Positions 41,414 through 52,999 of a stretch of DNA of 61,408 bases are shown piece after piece. Under the pieces are notes generated by a model. The model did not search any database. It was not told the DNA's origin and worked only from the letters and a program-made list of their open reading frames with translations. Location of the stretch: NCBI GenBank assembly GCA_001938485.1, contig MQRK01180317.1, forward strand, positions 89,499 through 150,906, written 5' to 3'. The stretch's first letter is position 1. Each line of letters begins with the position of its first letter. Position numbers and translations under genes: made by a program. The stretch comes from Girardia tigrina (taxonomy: Eukaryota).

Positions 41414-41425
41414 AGCTATCCGGGC
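41414..41425 (+). promoter_or_regulatory. Atypical primer-binding site complementary to tRNA-Lys(UUU) nt 1-12
   Basis: AGCTATCCGGGC abuts the LTR end. Its reverse complement GCCCGGATAGCT is the conserved 5' end of metazoan tRNA-Lys(UUU). Confidence 0.78.
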
Positions 41426-41426
41426 A

Positions 41427-42163
41427 ATGATAAGCGATTTAAAAATTATACTCGATCATTTGGAGAAATTTAATGGAAATGGTAGTTTTGAAATTTAGAA
41501 GAAAAAGTTCATGATGATTATGAAAATCCAGGGGATTTTGGATCCGGCCCCATATCTTCCTTTTTTGTTGACGGATGTTCCGTTAAATATATACATGGAA
41601 TTGGACGAAAAGAAACAAAGCTACTGTGAAGAAGTACTGCAAATCTTGGACAATTCATATGGATTAACCAGACGATCTGCGTACAGCCAACTGATTAATT
41701 TGAAATATTACGAAGGACAAACTATTGACGATTACGTTTCTAAAGTAAAATATTGGCATCAAAAATCTACGATATGACCAAGGCAGCTTTTATGGCAAGA
41801 TTGCCGTTCGAGTTGCAATTGAATTTAGAGCAAACCGGCGATCATGATTTAACCGAAATGGTTGAATATAGTCGTAGGTATTTAGGAATTAAAAAGTGCG
41901 TCATACAAAGTTTAATGTCAGCGGTACAAAACGTTGGTGATGGCAAGATCGTTTCTAAAGAACGAGGTGCGGTAAGCGGCGGTAGAAGGAGTTCCTTTAC
42001 AAAACCTCGTATGCCACATAACGGAAATCTGGTACAAACAAAGGTAAACTGTTATGAAAATTCTCAGCGACAATCTGATGGACAAATAATTTGCTATAAA
42101 TGTAAGCAACTTGAACATGTAGCAAAATATTGCAAGTCGGGAAATGGTCAGGGGAGTTTGTAG
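41427..42163 (+). pseudogene. gag: Gypsy gag
   Basis: MISDLKIILDHLEKFNGNGSFEI*KKKF..., one stop and one frameshift; zinc knuckle CYKCKQLEHVAKYC. Confidence 0.9.
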
Positions 42164-42197
42164 GTGCCGGCACTCTCCCTCTGACATTTCCGGGGCG
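42139..42197 (+). promoter_or_regulatory. -1 ribosomal frameshift signal at the gag-pol junction
   Basis: G GGA AAT in gag phase with pol in the -1 frame. Stem GGGGAGT/ACTCTCC 5 nt downstream; loop CCGG could pair with CCGG at ~42190. Confidence 0.7.
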
Positions 42198-44134
42198 ACC
42201 GACCATGACTGTCATTGTTAACAACAAGTCGGTTACAGCTTTGATAGATTCGGGTTGCTCAAAAACTCTTGTTTTGAAAGGGTTGATCAATGGAAACTCA
42301 TTACAGTCAAATGAGCAACGAATTGTTTTGGCTAATGGCGATGATATATGTGTGAGGATTAGTGACGTGGAATTGACTATAGATAATAGAAATATGAAAG
42401 AAGAATGTTCTGTTATGAAATACTTACCCTATGATTTGAGAATTTTAATTGGTATGGATGTTAAAAGTGAACTTTGGGGTGTGAAAATTAATAAGGGTGT
42501 TATCAAATTTGGTGTGTGTGTAGGAGAAGGAATAAAGAAAGCTGGTGAAAAACTGAGTTGTGTTGCGGGTGTTGTGCCAAGTGTTAGCCTGAATTGAATT
42601 TAAGGATAATTTGACGGTTAAATGGAAGTGGAAAGATGAGGCGCCGAGTTATCTACAGATTCGACCTTTAAGGATGACAAATCGAAAGACATAGCCACAA
42701 GGAAAATCCCTGAGGAGTGGATGAAGAAGGGCTATTTAATCGAATATGACGAGAAGGAAATGGGTAAATCGATATGATCTATACCCATATTTGGAATATT
42801 GCAAGTTAACAAATCCAAGATAAGACCGATCTTTGATTTTAGGAAATTAAACAATTATGTAGACGTGTACAGTTTTTCAGCATATATATTTTTGGAAAAA
42901 CTTCGTACCTGGCGGCGAAAAGGATCAAGATTTTCCATACTTGATTTATCAGAGGCGTATATGCTGATTCGCGTTCAGAAGGAAGTGTAACGGTATCAAT
43001 CATGTATCATTAATGGCAAAAATTTCGCTCTAACCAGGATGGGCTTTGGTTTAAATATCCCTCCGACCATTATGACTGAAATTGTCAAGTGGATTTTAAA
43101 TTCTGATCCTAGAGCACGTGAAAACACTGACTCGTACATCGATGACATTTACGTTGACGAAACTACAATTACAGTTGACGAAATTAGAATGTTGTTCGAG
43201 AAATTTAGTCTTAAATGCAAAAAACCAGAAAATCTCTCAATGGATAAAGAGGTGTGAGTGTTGAGAGTTAAAGTCTTTAAAGATAAGAATTCGGTGATAT
43301 GGATGAGAGATAATAATTTCAAGGATGAGATACTTACCGAATCAATATAGCGTCGCGAGTTATATTCGTGGTGTGGTCAATTAGTAGGAATCCACCCTGT
43401 TGCTGGTTGGCTACGTCCATCATGCTCCTACATAAAAAGGCTCAGTGAAGGAAAATGGGATGAGAAAATAGATGTCAAATTATTCGAGAAAATCAAATTT
43501 GTTTTGAAAAAAGTTAAGGATAAGTTAGAAGATCCTTGTAGAGGGATATGGAGTATTGATGATTGTAAAGACGGCCTCATATGGTGTGAAGCCACTTCGA
43601 GAGCCATTGGGGCAGCATTGGAAGTTAAAGGAAATATTATAGAAGACGCATCGTGGTTAAGGAAAACTGACGATTATAGGCAAATAAACGTAACAGAACT
43701 AGAAGCAGTTGTAAAGGGTCTAAATCTGTGTATTAAATGGGGACTAACGAATGTTGTAGTAAAATCAGAGAACAAATCTGTAGTTTCTTGGATAACTGAG
43801 GCACTATCAGAGCGAAATAAATTACACACAAAAGCCTCTTCGGAGCTTTTGATAAAGCGCCGATTGTCAATCATTAAGTAGTTGTGTCAGGAATACGAAA
43901 TAATTTTGAAAAATGAGTTTGTTAATAGTGAAGACAACAAGGCTGATGAACTGACAAGAATACCCAAACAATTAAAACAAAGCATTTCCCTTTTGTTTGT
44001 AACAGATGACCTATTCAAACTACAGAAACTTCATGACATATGTCATTTAGGTACAATGAGAATGTGACATCAGTGCGATAAATTGGAAATAAATGAGTCA
44101 AATGCGGATATAAAGGATTTGATCTCGAAGTGTC

Positions 44135-44493
44135 TGTGAGGAATGTTTTGAATTGTGTATTGATATTTGTGTATGTAGAATGTTGATTCGGATTGTGCCT
44201 CTCCTACACAGATGGATGATTGATATTTTCTTTGATTCTTAATTAAAAATAATTTAATTTAATTTTAAAGTAAAAAGATTTAAAATAATTTTTGAATGTA
44301 TTATTTATTTTTTAATGTAATTTAATTTTAACCAATTAGATTCTTTATAATTTAATAATTNNNNTTAACAGATTTTCATTTATTGAAAATAATTAGTTTG
44401 AACTCAGAAAAAATTGATCAAGAGAGATGTCAAATAGTGAATGCGCTTGTAATATTAATAAATGTTGTAAACCTCATATTGATGTTGTTAATA
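44135..44493 (+). mobile_element. Solo-LTR-like element (TGTGAGG...TTAATA family), copy 3, inside the Gypsy integrase
   Basis: TSD GTGTC; excision restores the KCQSC of the HHCC finger. Confidence 0.9.
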
Positions 44494-47099
44494 GTGTCAA
44501 AGTTGCCAATCTATTTATCCGGCGCCAATAAAATGGGAAACTAGCAAATTAGCTGTCAATGAAAACTGGACAAGAATTGCAGCGGATGTCACAAAATTTG
44601 ATCAACAAAAATTCTTAAGTATCATTGATTGTGGACCCTCTCGATTTGCAGTATGGAAACTAATCAAAGCTGAGGATGTCAAGACGATTGATACAGAGTT
44701 TTCAAATTTGTTTTGCGAGCGTGGATCTCTAAAGGAGTTGATTATTGACAATTATACGACATTTCATTCAGCCAAATTCAGCAAGTTGATGGAGAAGTGG
44801 AATTTACATATCTTATACCGCACTATTAATCGACCAAAATGCAACGGAATAATAGAGAGAAATCATAAGACAATCAAGAGAATCGCGTCTAGATCGAATA
44901 TCAGTATCATGGAAGCCTTATGGTAGTATAACAATACACCGTCCGACGGAAAGGAGACACCTAGTTCAGCATTTTACAAGTAAATTCCAGTCGGTTTGGA
45001 GATAATCGAAAGAATTAAAAAAGAGCCGGTTTACAATATGGTAAAGACAGACTTCGTAGAGCAACAGTTAGTCTGGGTAAAACCTGAAAATAATATGCCA
45101 TGTACAAAGCAATGGTCAAGAGGTGTTGTCGTTAGAAAATTGGATCAAAGAAAGTACTAAATAAATTGTGATGGTTTTTGCGGTCCACGGCATATAGCAG
45201 ATATTCGACCAAGGCAACCAGACCTGTCGCGAAACTCTTACTCGGATTACATGTTGGAAAATTACAACGAATCAGCTTCGAGTGTTAAGCAAAGTGAATC
45301 GGGAATCAGCAACAAACTCCAAAGAGAAAGACGAAAACCGAATTATTAGAACGAGTATGTAGTAGATATAGATTCTTGTGACAAAGAATCTGGGGGTGAG
45401 TGTTACATGTTAAATTTATTTATTAAATGAAATATTTAACATGACAAAAATATGGATAATTATTTGTTTAAATAATATCTATTTAAAAGTTATTATTAAA
45501 AGAAAATTAAATTTTATATATTTGTTATTCGTTGTTACATTTTACTTGAATTTTTAATTTTTTTCTGAAATTTACCAAAAATTTTCATTTTTTAAATTTT
45601 AATTTTTGAGACTTATTTTTCGGTGGGCACTTTTGTCGGGGCGCTTTTGTAGTGGGAGCTTTTGTCGGTGTACCCCATCACATGGCTTTTAATTTATCGA
45701 AGGAAGTCAAACGATGACTAGTTGGTGGAAGAGGAATTGACTCAAACATTTAAATGCATATTATTTTTGCAAAACTATGCTGGTAGAATATTTTGCCAGG
45801 AATACTCAACTGTATTATGTTTTTGGTTTCACAAAATTTTGCATTGCATGCCTATGAAGAAACCTTGAATGCCGAAAATGGTAAAATGTTGAAAACTTTC
45901 TAGTGCTTATCAAACCCGTTGCTAAGTATGATCCACTACTACTCAGTAACCCAACTGAAGCCCTAACAGAAACTCCTTTGGATCTTCCTAGTTTTATTAT
46001 TTTTTATGGAGATGGTGAATTTCCGAATCTGAGAATTTCATAACGGATTTTGTTAATATCAGCAGGTTTGATTGCAAGCTGTGAGCGGTCGTTCAGGAAA
46101 TGGAAACTTATTTTGTGTCATCTTTGGTCGTCTCGGTGATCTTGCTCTTCTTAGCGTTCAAATCGAATTTCAGTTTTTTATAAGACAAAGTATGGCATTT
46201 GAAAAACATTTCTTAACAATAACAAATTAAAAAAATATTAATTAATATAAATACTAATTAAAGATTATTAGTAATAATAATTATTTATTACATAGAAATA
46301 TTTTTTTAATATAATAATTTTTTCTGTTGAATATTATTTGTTAAAAGTGAAATTTTTGTATATAAATTAATTAATTTAATTGATTATCTAATTAATTTTT
46401 CAAATTTATATTTTGTATATAAGCATTAATTTGTCAATGAAATTTCTTCAATTAATTGAAAAATCATTGAATAAATATCTTTGTAAATAAATTATTAATT
46501 ATTCTTTCGATTTTGAGAATAAAAAATTATTTGGGTTTTATTTTTTAAATTTTTACATATTTCTATTATTATTTTCTAGTGAAAATTTTAAAAAATTATT
46601 AATAGTGAAAAATCTTCCATTTTATTTTTGTTAAAAAGTATTTTGTTTTAAATAACAGGAAAATTGTTCAGAATTTATTTAAATTGAAAATATTTTTTAT
46701 TATATTATATATAAATGTATAAATTACGTTTTTCCTGAAATTAATTATTATTTATTGATTTATTTAATTAATAATATTAAATCGAAGATTTTTTTCTTGT
46801 TTAAATTTCTATGTTAAATCGATTTTTCTTGATATTAAATATTTTTTGAAGATTTTTTTTCAAAGATTTTTGAGATTGAGTGATATTATTTGAAAATTAG
46901 TTATATTTTTGAGACCATTTGAATCGATTTTAATACATATTAGAATGGAACGAAAGTTTTGTCAGTTATTTAAAAAACTGTAAATAATTTTTTATTTAAT
47001 TTATCTTTTATGTATTATGTATATAGTGTATTCTTAAAAGCATTTTGATATATTATTCGTATTTTATAATCTTTTCTATACAAAGTTATTAATTTTAAC

Positions 47100-47830
47100 A
47101 AAACAAGTTAAAATCATAAAAAGCGTGAAAAACTCTGCAATTCGATTTTCCAAGAATTTAAACTTGGTCGTAGAGCAAAAAAAGCGATAAAAACATTTGC
47201 TAAATTCCACGACTGAAAAAGCATATTTCTGATAGTATACGAAATTCCATCTTGTAACACACATCCCTAAGACAACGCGCTCCTGGACGCCTTCAGAAAC
47301 TGAAAATAAAGAAAAAATAAGCGTGGTAAAGAGGTACCGCACAATACTCAACGAAATGCAAAACAATCGGTGAATCACTACTGCTTTCAATATTGCACAA
47401 ATTCAGTCGTAGTGAATTTTCACTGATTTAGACGTATGATGAGAAATCGGTTGTCTACGATAATTTGAAATGAAAAACCCAATGGTTGAGTTCAGGTAAA
47501 CTTGGAAAACGGACACCTCGAATTGATCTGCATCAAAAAGGTGATGTTGTGCATTTGGGGGATGTCATCAGGACCTGTTTACTAGGAACTCTTTTCGCAG
47601 AATCAAATTATCAGCTTTGAAGTTTACTGCACTCAAATAGACCGTGTTCAAGCAACTTCCATGTTTGTGGTATCAACACGCCTCTTGTTTGTTTTCAAAA
47701 AGACAACTCTAAGACGCGCCAAAAGCTTGAAGATTTAGATTGGGATGTTCTTAAGATTCTACCATATAGTCCAAAATTAATTACCTCCTCATAATATTTA
47801 TACCTGTTTAGATTTATAAAACAAATTGTT
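47100..47830 (+). mobile_element. mariner (DD34D) remnant
   Basis: HQKKVML..W, LFSQNQIISFEVYCTQID, DLDWDVL..PYSP. Confidence 0.8.
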
Positions 47831-48127
47831 TCCCCAAAAAATAAGTTTGTTTAAATATTAGTGTTAATCGAACATTTTTTTTGAAATTTTGTATTTTGAA
47901 TTAATTGTTGTAATTAACGTCCAATAATAATTCTGAGGTTGTTCCAAGAACATCTAACATTCACTCTGTGCCATTTTATATCCGAAGTATCAATACTGGC
48001 TCATTTTCTCCCTAACATATTTCAAACGTTTTTTTGGGAGTAAAAAACAACTGCTTCAAGAGAAATACTGTATGCTGTGTTTTACAAATTTCTCTTTTTT
48101 ACCACAGTATTAATAGCTATTTCTTTT

Positions 48128-48541
48128 TGTGAGGAATGTTTTGAATTGTGTGTTGATATTGTTCATGTTGTATGTTGATTCAGATTGTGCCTCTCCTACA
48201 CAGATGGATGATTGATGATTTCTTTGATTCATACTAATTAAAAATAATTTAATTTAATTTTAAAGTAAAAAGATTTAAAATAATTTTTGAATGTATTATT
48301 TATATTTTAATGTAATTTAAAATTTGAATATATTAATTTAATATGTTCTTTTTTAAAAAATGTTTAGATTTAATTTCAACCAATTAGATTCTTTATAATT
48401 AATTATTTTTACTAACAGATTTTCATTTATTGAAAATAATTAGTTTGAACTCAGAAATATATTGATTAAGAGAGATGTCAAATAGTGAGTGCGCTTGTGG
48501 TATTAATAAATGTTGTAAACCTCATATTGATGTTGTTAATA
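48128..48541 (+). mobile_element. Solo-LTR-like element (TGTGAGG...TTAATA family), copy 4
   Basis: TSD CTTTT; closely similar to copy 3. Confidence 0.9.
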
Positions 48542-48620
48542 CTTTTATTAAATGTACGCTCTACTTTGTTTCATTTTTAAGTCCATAGAATATTCACGTA
48601 CTATATGTCATCCATAATTA

Positions 48621-49693
48621 CAGGGTGCGGCAGCTATTTGAGAACAAAATGACATAAAGTTCAAAAAATGAATATACATCAGAAAAATAACATTTATTAC
48701 AATTTAAAATTTTACATATATTAACACGTACATAAAGNNNNNNNNNNNNNNNNNNNNNNNNNNNNNNNNNNNNNNNNNNNNNNNNNNNNNNNNNNNNNNN
48801 NNNNNNNNNNNNNNNNNNNNNNNNNNNNNNNNNNNNNNNNNNNNNNNNNNNNNNNNNNNNNNNNNNNNNNNNNNNNNNNNNNNNNNNNNNNNNNNNNNNN
48901 NNNNNNNNNNNNNNNNNNNNNNNNNNNNNNNNNNNNNNNNNNNNNNNNNNNNNNNNNNNNNNNNNNNNNNNNNNNNNNNNNNNNNNNNNNNNNNNNNNNN
49001 NNNNNNNNNNNNNNNNNNNNNNNNNNNNNNNNNNNNNNNNNNNNNNNNNNNNNNNNNNNNNNNNNNNNNNNNNNNNNNNNNNNNNNNNNNNNNNNNNNNN
49101 NNNNNNNNNNNNNNNNNNNNNNNNNNNNNNNNNNNNNNNNNNNNNNNNNNNNNNNNNNNNNNNNNNNNNNNNNNNNNNNNNNNNNNNNNNNNNNNNNNNN
49201 NNNNNNNNNNNNNNNNNNNNNNNNNNNNNNNNNNNNNNNNNNNNNNNNNNNNNNNNNNNNNNNNNNNNNNNNNNNNNNNNNNNNNNNNNNNNNNNNNNNN
49301 NNNNNNNNNNNNNNNNNNNNNNNNNNNNNNNNNNNNNNNNNNNNNNNNNNNNNNNNNNNNNNNNNNNNNNNNNNNNNNNNNNNNNNNNNNNNNNNNNNNN
49401 NNNNNNNNNNNNNNNNNNNNNNNNNNNNNNNNNNNNNNNNNNNNNNNNNNNNNNNNNNNNNNNNNNNNNNNNNNNNNNNNNNNNNNNNNNNNNNNNNNNN
49501 NNNNNNNNNNNNNNNNNNNNNNNNNNNNNNNNNNNNNNNNNNNNNNNNNNNNNNNNNNNNNNNNNNNNNNNNNNNNNNCATTCGTAAGAGTAGCTTTTGC
49601 CATGTCTACCAGCAAAAATAAAATTATGTAATTATAACACACAAAAAGATATGGTGTCTATATTACGTGTTCTCAAATAGCTGCCGCACCCTG
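48621..49693 (-). mobile_element. Young Tc1/mariner-superfamily element, interior in an assembly gap
   Basis: Perfect TIRs CAGGGTGCGGCAGCTATTTGAGAACA with TA flanks; MAKATLT start on the minus strand. Confidence 0.85.
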
Positions 49694-51344
49694 TATAAAT
49701 TCATCCTAAAATTCATGGATTCAGAATTTCCTTTGTTTCTCCGAGCAAATTTGCTGAAATAAATAATATTTTACATTTTTGAATGCATCTGTGATGTTAT
49801 TTTCTTGAAGTTGCTTCAGTACCTTTATTAATTTATTTATTATTTAAACTAAAAATTAAAAATTTATCCTTTATTTCAGATAAAAATACTTTCTTCAGTG
49901 TAATTATATTAAAAAATATATAATATTTGTCTTTGAAATTCTATAATATTATTTTGCCGGGACGCTTCAGTACGGTTTTCATTTAAATATACGTTTTGAA
50001 CATTTAAGAATGACTCTCCATTTAAGAGCTTCTTTAAAAAAATCTTTAAATTTAAATAAAATTCCTCCGTGTTTCAATTTTTTTTGTCAAGAATTCCTTA
50101 TTTACGTTTATCCAAATCTCACTTTACCAATTGCATCGGAAACTTGAGCGTTTTGCCTACCCCATCAGCAGCCCTACATTTCTTATAATAATTACAATTA
50201 TCAAAAAAATCCGTATAAATACAATTAACTCTGTAAAAATAATATCTTAAAAATTCTAAAAAAATATTAAAATATAGTTTTAAAAATTATAAAAATAAAT
50301 AATTTAATTTTTTTTGGAAAGAAAAATGATAAAATAGTTTCTGGTGATAAAAAACCGTTTTCATTTTTTTGCTAAATTTTTAAATAGAAGAAAATCGACT
50401 TTAGTTTTTTTATATTTTTGAAAAACAAAATTCTCTTCTCTCTCTAAATCATAATCTCTTCATCAAATCGGAAATAATTTCATTTTCATCCTGGCTGACC
50501 AAATACGAACTGAGGGATGATTTGAGTCTGGCATATCGTTGGATAATATCTATAGAAATTAACACATCAGCTATGTTACTTTTATTCTTTGATTAAAACC
50601 TTTGAAAAATACGGTATTTATTTTTATTTATTGTTTATCGTTTTGATTTCAAAGCCTCTAGACGCAGACCTAGCCGCCTGTTGATGAGGATCTGTGAAGC
50701 TGTGACTCTGGATTTCCCTGTTTAGCGTCGCCGGCCGGTAAACCCATCATAAATTGGCTGACATTTTTGTCTGTGTGTTCATTATTTAAATTTTCTTTTT
50801 ATTTTGGGTATTAATTTTAAAATGAAAAATTTCCCGAGATTAGTTGATATCATAATTTAAATAGACTTTCCGTTAGGATAAGAAATAAAATTTCGCGACA
50901 AATAATAAGTGTTTCGTTTTTTTTTCTTAAAACAAAAAGAAGGAGAGAAACGACGATGAAAGAACTACTAATCAACATTTTATATTTATTTTATATTTTT
51001 GTAAAATATAATCAGGCTTCAATGACAGTTTGTCATATTGAGGCTGGATTTCGATATTTTGTTGATGTTGAGAAATTATTGAAAAATAGTTATTAAATAT
51101 AACAAAAAGATAATCAGATTTGAAAAATTTTAATATCATTAAAAAGTATTTTTTTTATTTTAAAACCCTAAAAAACGTAAACGTTATTAAAGTAATTTTA
51201 TTTATGGTTCTTGGACAATTCGACATATTTCTAATTTCGACACATAATTGAAATGAGAGATTTTCATTGTAACTACTCATTTTTTGTAACTAGATTTTCC
51301 TTATGACTTTATAGTTTAAAATTATACTTATATATATTTAAATA

Positions 51345-51773
51345 GGGGAAAATTGGCATTCTGTCCATAAGACCACCCCGGGGGGTTACTCGTTGCCATG
51401 GCAACGGTTACCATGGCAACGGTCGCGGTTACCATAGCAACGGTCGCGTTCACTCAAGCAACGGTCGCGTTCACTCAAGCAACGGTCGCGTTCACTCAAG
51501 CAACGGTCACGGTTACCATAGCAACGGTTCCGGTTCACTTGGAAACGCTTCTGATTGGTTCCCAGTACCTTAGCCTAGGCAGCAACGCTTCCGAGAACCA
51601 ACCAAAAGCGTTTTTGGGTAATCGCGACCATTGCTATGGTAACCGGAACCGTTGCTAGAGTGATCGGAACCATTGCTATGGTAACCGCGACCGTTGCATT
51701 GGTAACCGAACCCGTTGCCATGGCAACGGGTAACCATCTGGGGTGTCTTGTGGGCAGAATGCCCATTTTCCCC
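51345..51773. mobile_element. Palindromic MITE carrying an array of X-box (RFX) motifs
   Basis: TIRs GGGGAAAATTGGCATTCTGTCCATAAGAC / GTCTTGTGGGCAGAATGCCCATTTTCCCC with TA flanks; 21-22-bp internal repeats containing GTTRCCATRGCAAC. Confidence 0.85.
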
Positions 51774-51786
51774 TAATTATTCATAC

Positions 51787-51829
<43 letters not shown>

Positions 51830-52001
51830 TATTTTAAAATTTTTATTCAATTTTTTTTTATTTAGAATGTTCTTATAAATATTCCATTCCAAACTTATTA
51901 AGTTTATTTTGATTTCCATAAGTCTTTTTATCAAATTTAATTATCATTTTTTGATTTAAATTATCTTATAATAACTCTATTTTTTTAATTTAAATATATA
52001 T

Positions 52002-52524
52002 TATTAAGAACACCAACATGACTTTTCGAACTTCTATTTTCAATACAATCAGAATTGTCTTTTGGACAACTCTCAGCAAAACTTTCGTAATTCGACATCG
52101 TTCTAAATTGATGAATTTTAATGTTTTTAATAAACAATTATTCGAACAAATTTTTCATTATTTTCAGATTTTATTTTTAAAGTTCAAATTTTGTAATTTT
52201 AGTAATAATTTTATCTACATATTAATTTTATTTAAAAAATGATTTTATGTAAAGAAAGAACATTTATTTAATTTAAAACTTAGTTAAATTAGTTACTTTA
52301 TTTAAATTTTTCATATGAAAATTTGAAACGATTTGATATTTTTAAAGTTTTTTAAATATCTTATGCTGTACTTTAAAATGCAAATTATACTCGAATAATT
52401 ATTTATCATGAACATCTAAAATATCAATTTTCCATCTGGGTCGGAGAAACACATTTCCAAATACTAAACTCAACATTCAAATTCAACAAACCAATGACAT
52501 ACCAAATTTAAAATATTCCTCACA
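52002..52524 (-). mobile_element. Solo-LTR-like element (TGTGAGG...TTAATA family), copy 5
   Basis: Close to copy 1; TSD TATAT / TGTAT. Confidence 0.85.
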
Positions 52525-52999
52525 TGTATATTGACTTATTTTATTTTAATCATAAAATTTATATATTTTAATTTATTATGTTTTTGAAATTTATCTTTTT
52601 ACATTTAAATCAAACTTTCTAGTTGAATTTGAGGTACAAAATATTTTGTTTATATCTTCAGCAATGCGCTGACTCTTTAAGACTGGTATGCGAAATTTAG
52701 TTTAAAGGAAATAAAATCAAAAATATTGAGTACAAAAGTGACAAATCGATCTTCTTACATTTTATTGAACTGATAAACATTTAATCTTAAAAATATAATA
52801 CGATAAAAATAACAACCCATAACGTACCCTGTGCATCACAAATTTGTGTTCATTTTTTTCAAATTATCGATTGAAAAAGACCATTTTAGTTTCAACTTCT
52901 ATTTTTATTGATAAATATCATTTATCTATTAGCGAGTATTTATTTTTACGTTAATGAAGCATGTTTGACTCATTTCACTCACGACAATGTCAATGTCCA

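Larger units (their letters stand above)
42139..45350 (+). pseudogene. pol: Gypsy pol (protease, RT, RNase H, integrase)
   Basis: ALIDSGC; IRPIFDFRKLN, LDLSEAY, YIDD; WCEATS..ELEAV..NKADELTR; HxxxH..CQSC; IIDN..NGIIERNHKTIK. Many stops. Confidence 0.93.
41277..45539 (+). mobile_element. Full-length, decayed Gypsy/Ty3 LTR retrotransposon
   Basis: LTRs 41277-41413 and 45401-45539 (TG...CA), TSD TTTTA, PPT GGGGGTGAG. Domain order gag-PR-RT-RH-IN. Confidence 0.96.
40973..45674. mobile_element. MULE-like fold-back MITE split by the Gypsy element
   Basis: Inverted ends GGTCACCCGACAAAAGCG / GCTTTTGTCGGTGTACC with sub-terminal repeats; 9-bp TSD CCATCTCAT / CCATCACAT. Confidence 0.82.
39880..46200 (+). 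mobile_element. Decayed hAT element hosting nested insertions
   Basis: N-terminal KAAYCFCCLLF (~40840-40870); C-terminal FPNLRIS..ASCERSFRKWKLI (~46020-46115). Ends approximate. Confidence 0.7.

Noticed and set aside
48704-49642. Long ORFs of X residues (also 1165-1359 and 56352-56987)
   Set aside because: Artefacts of assembly gaps.
51398-51766. Repetitive ATVAFTQ ORFs; CRISPR-like appearance
   Set aside because: Translation of MITE internal repeats; no unique spacers and no cas genes.
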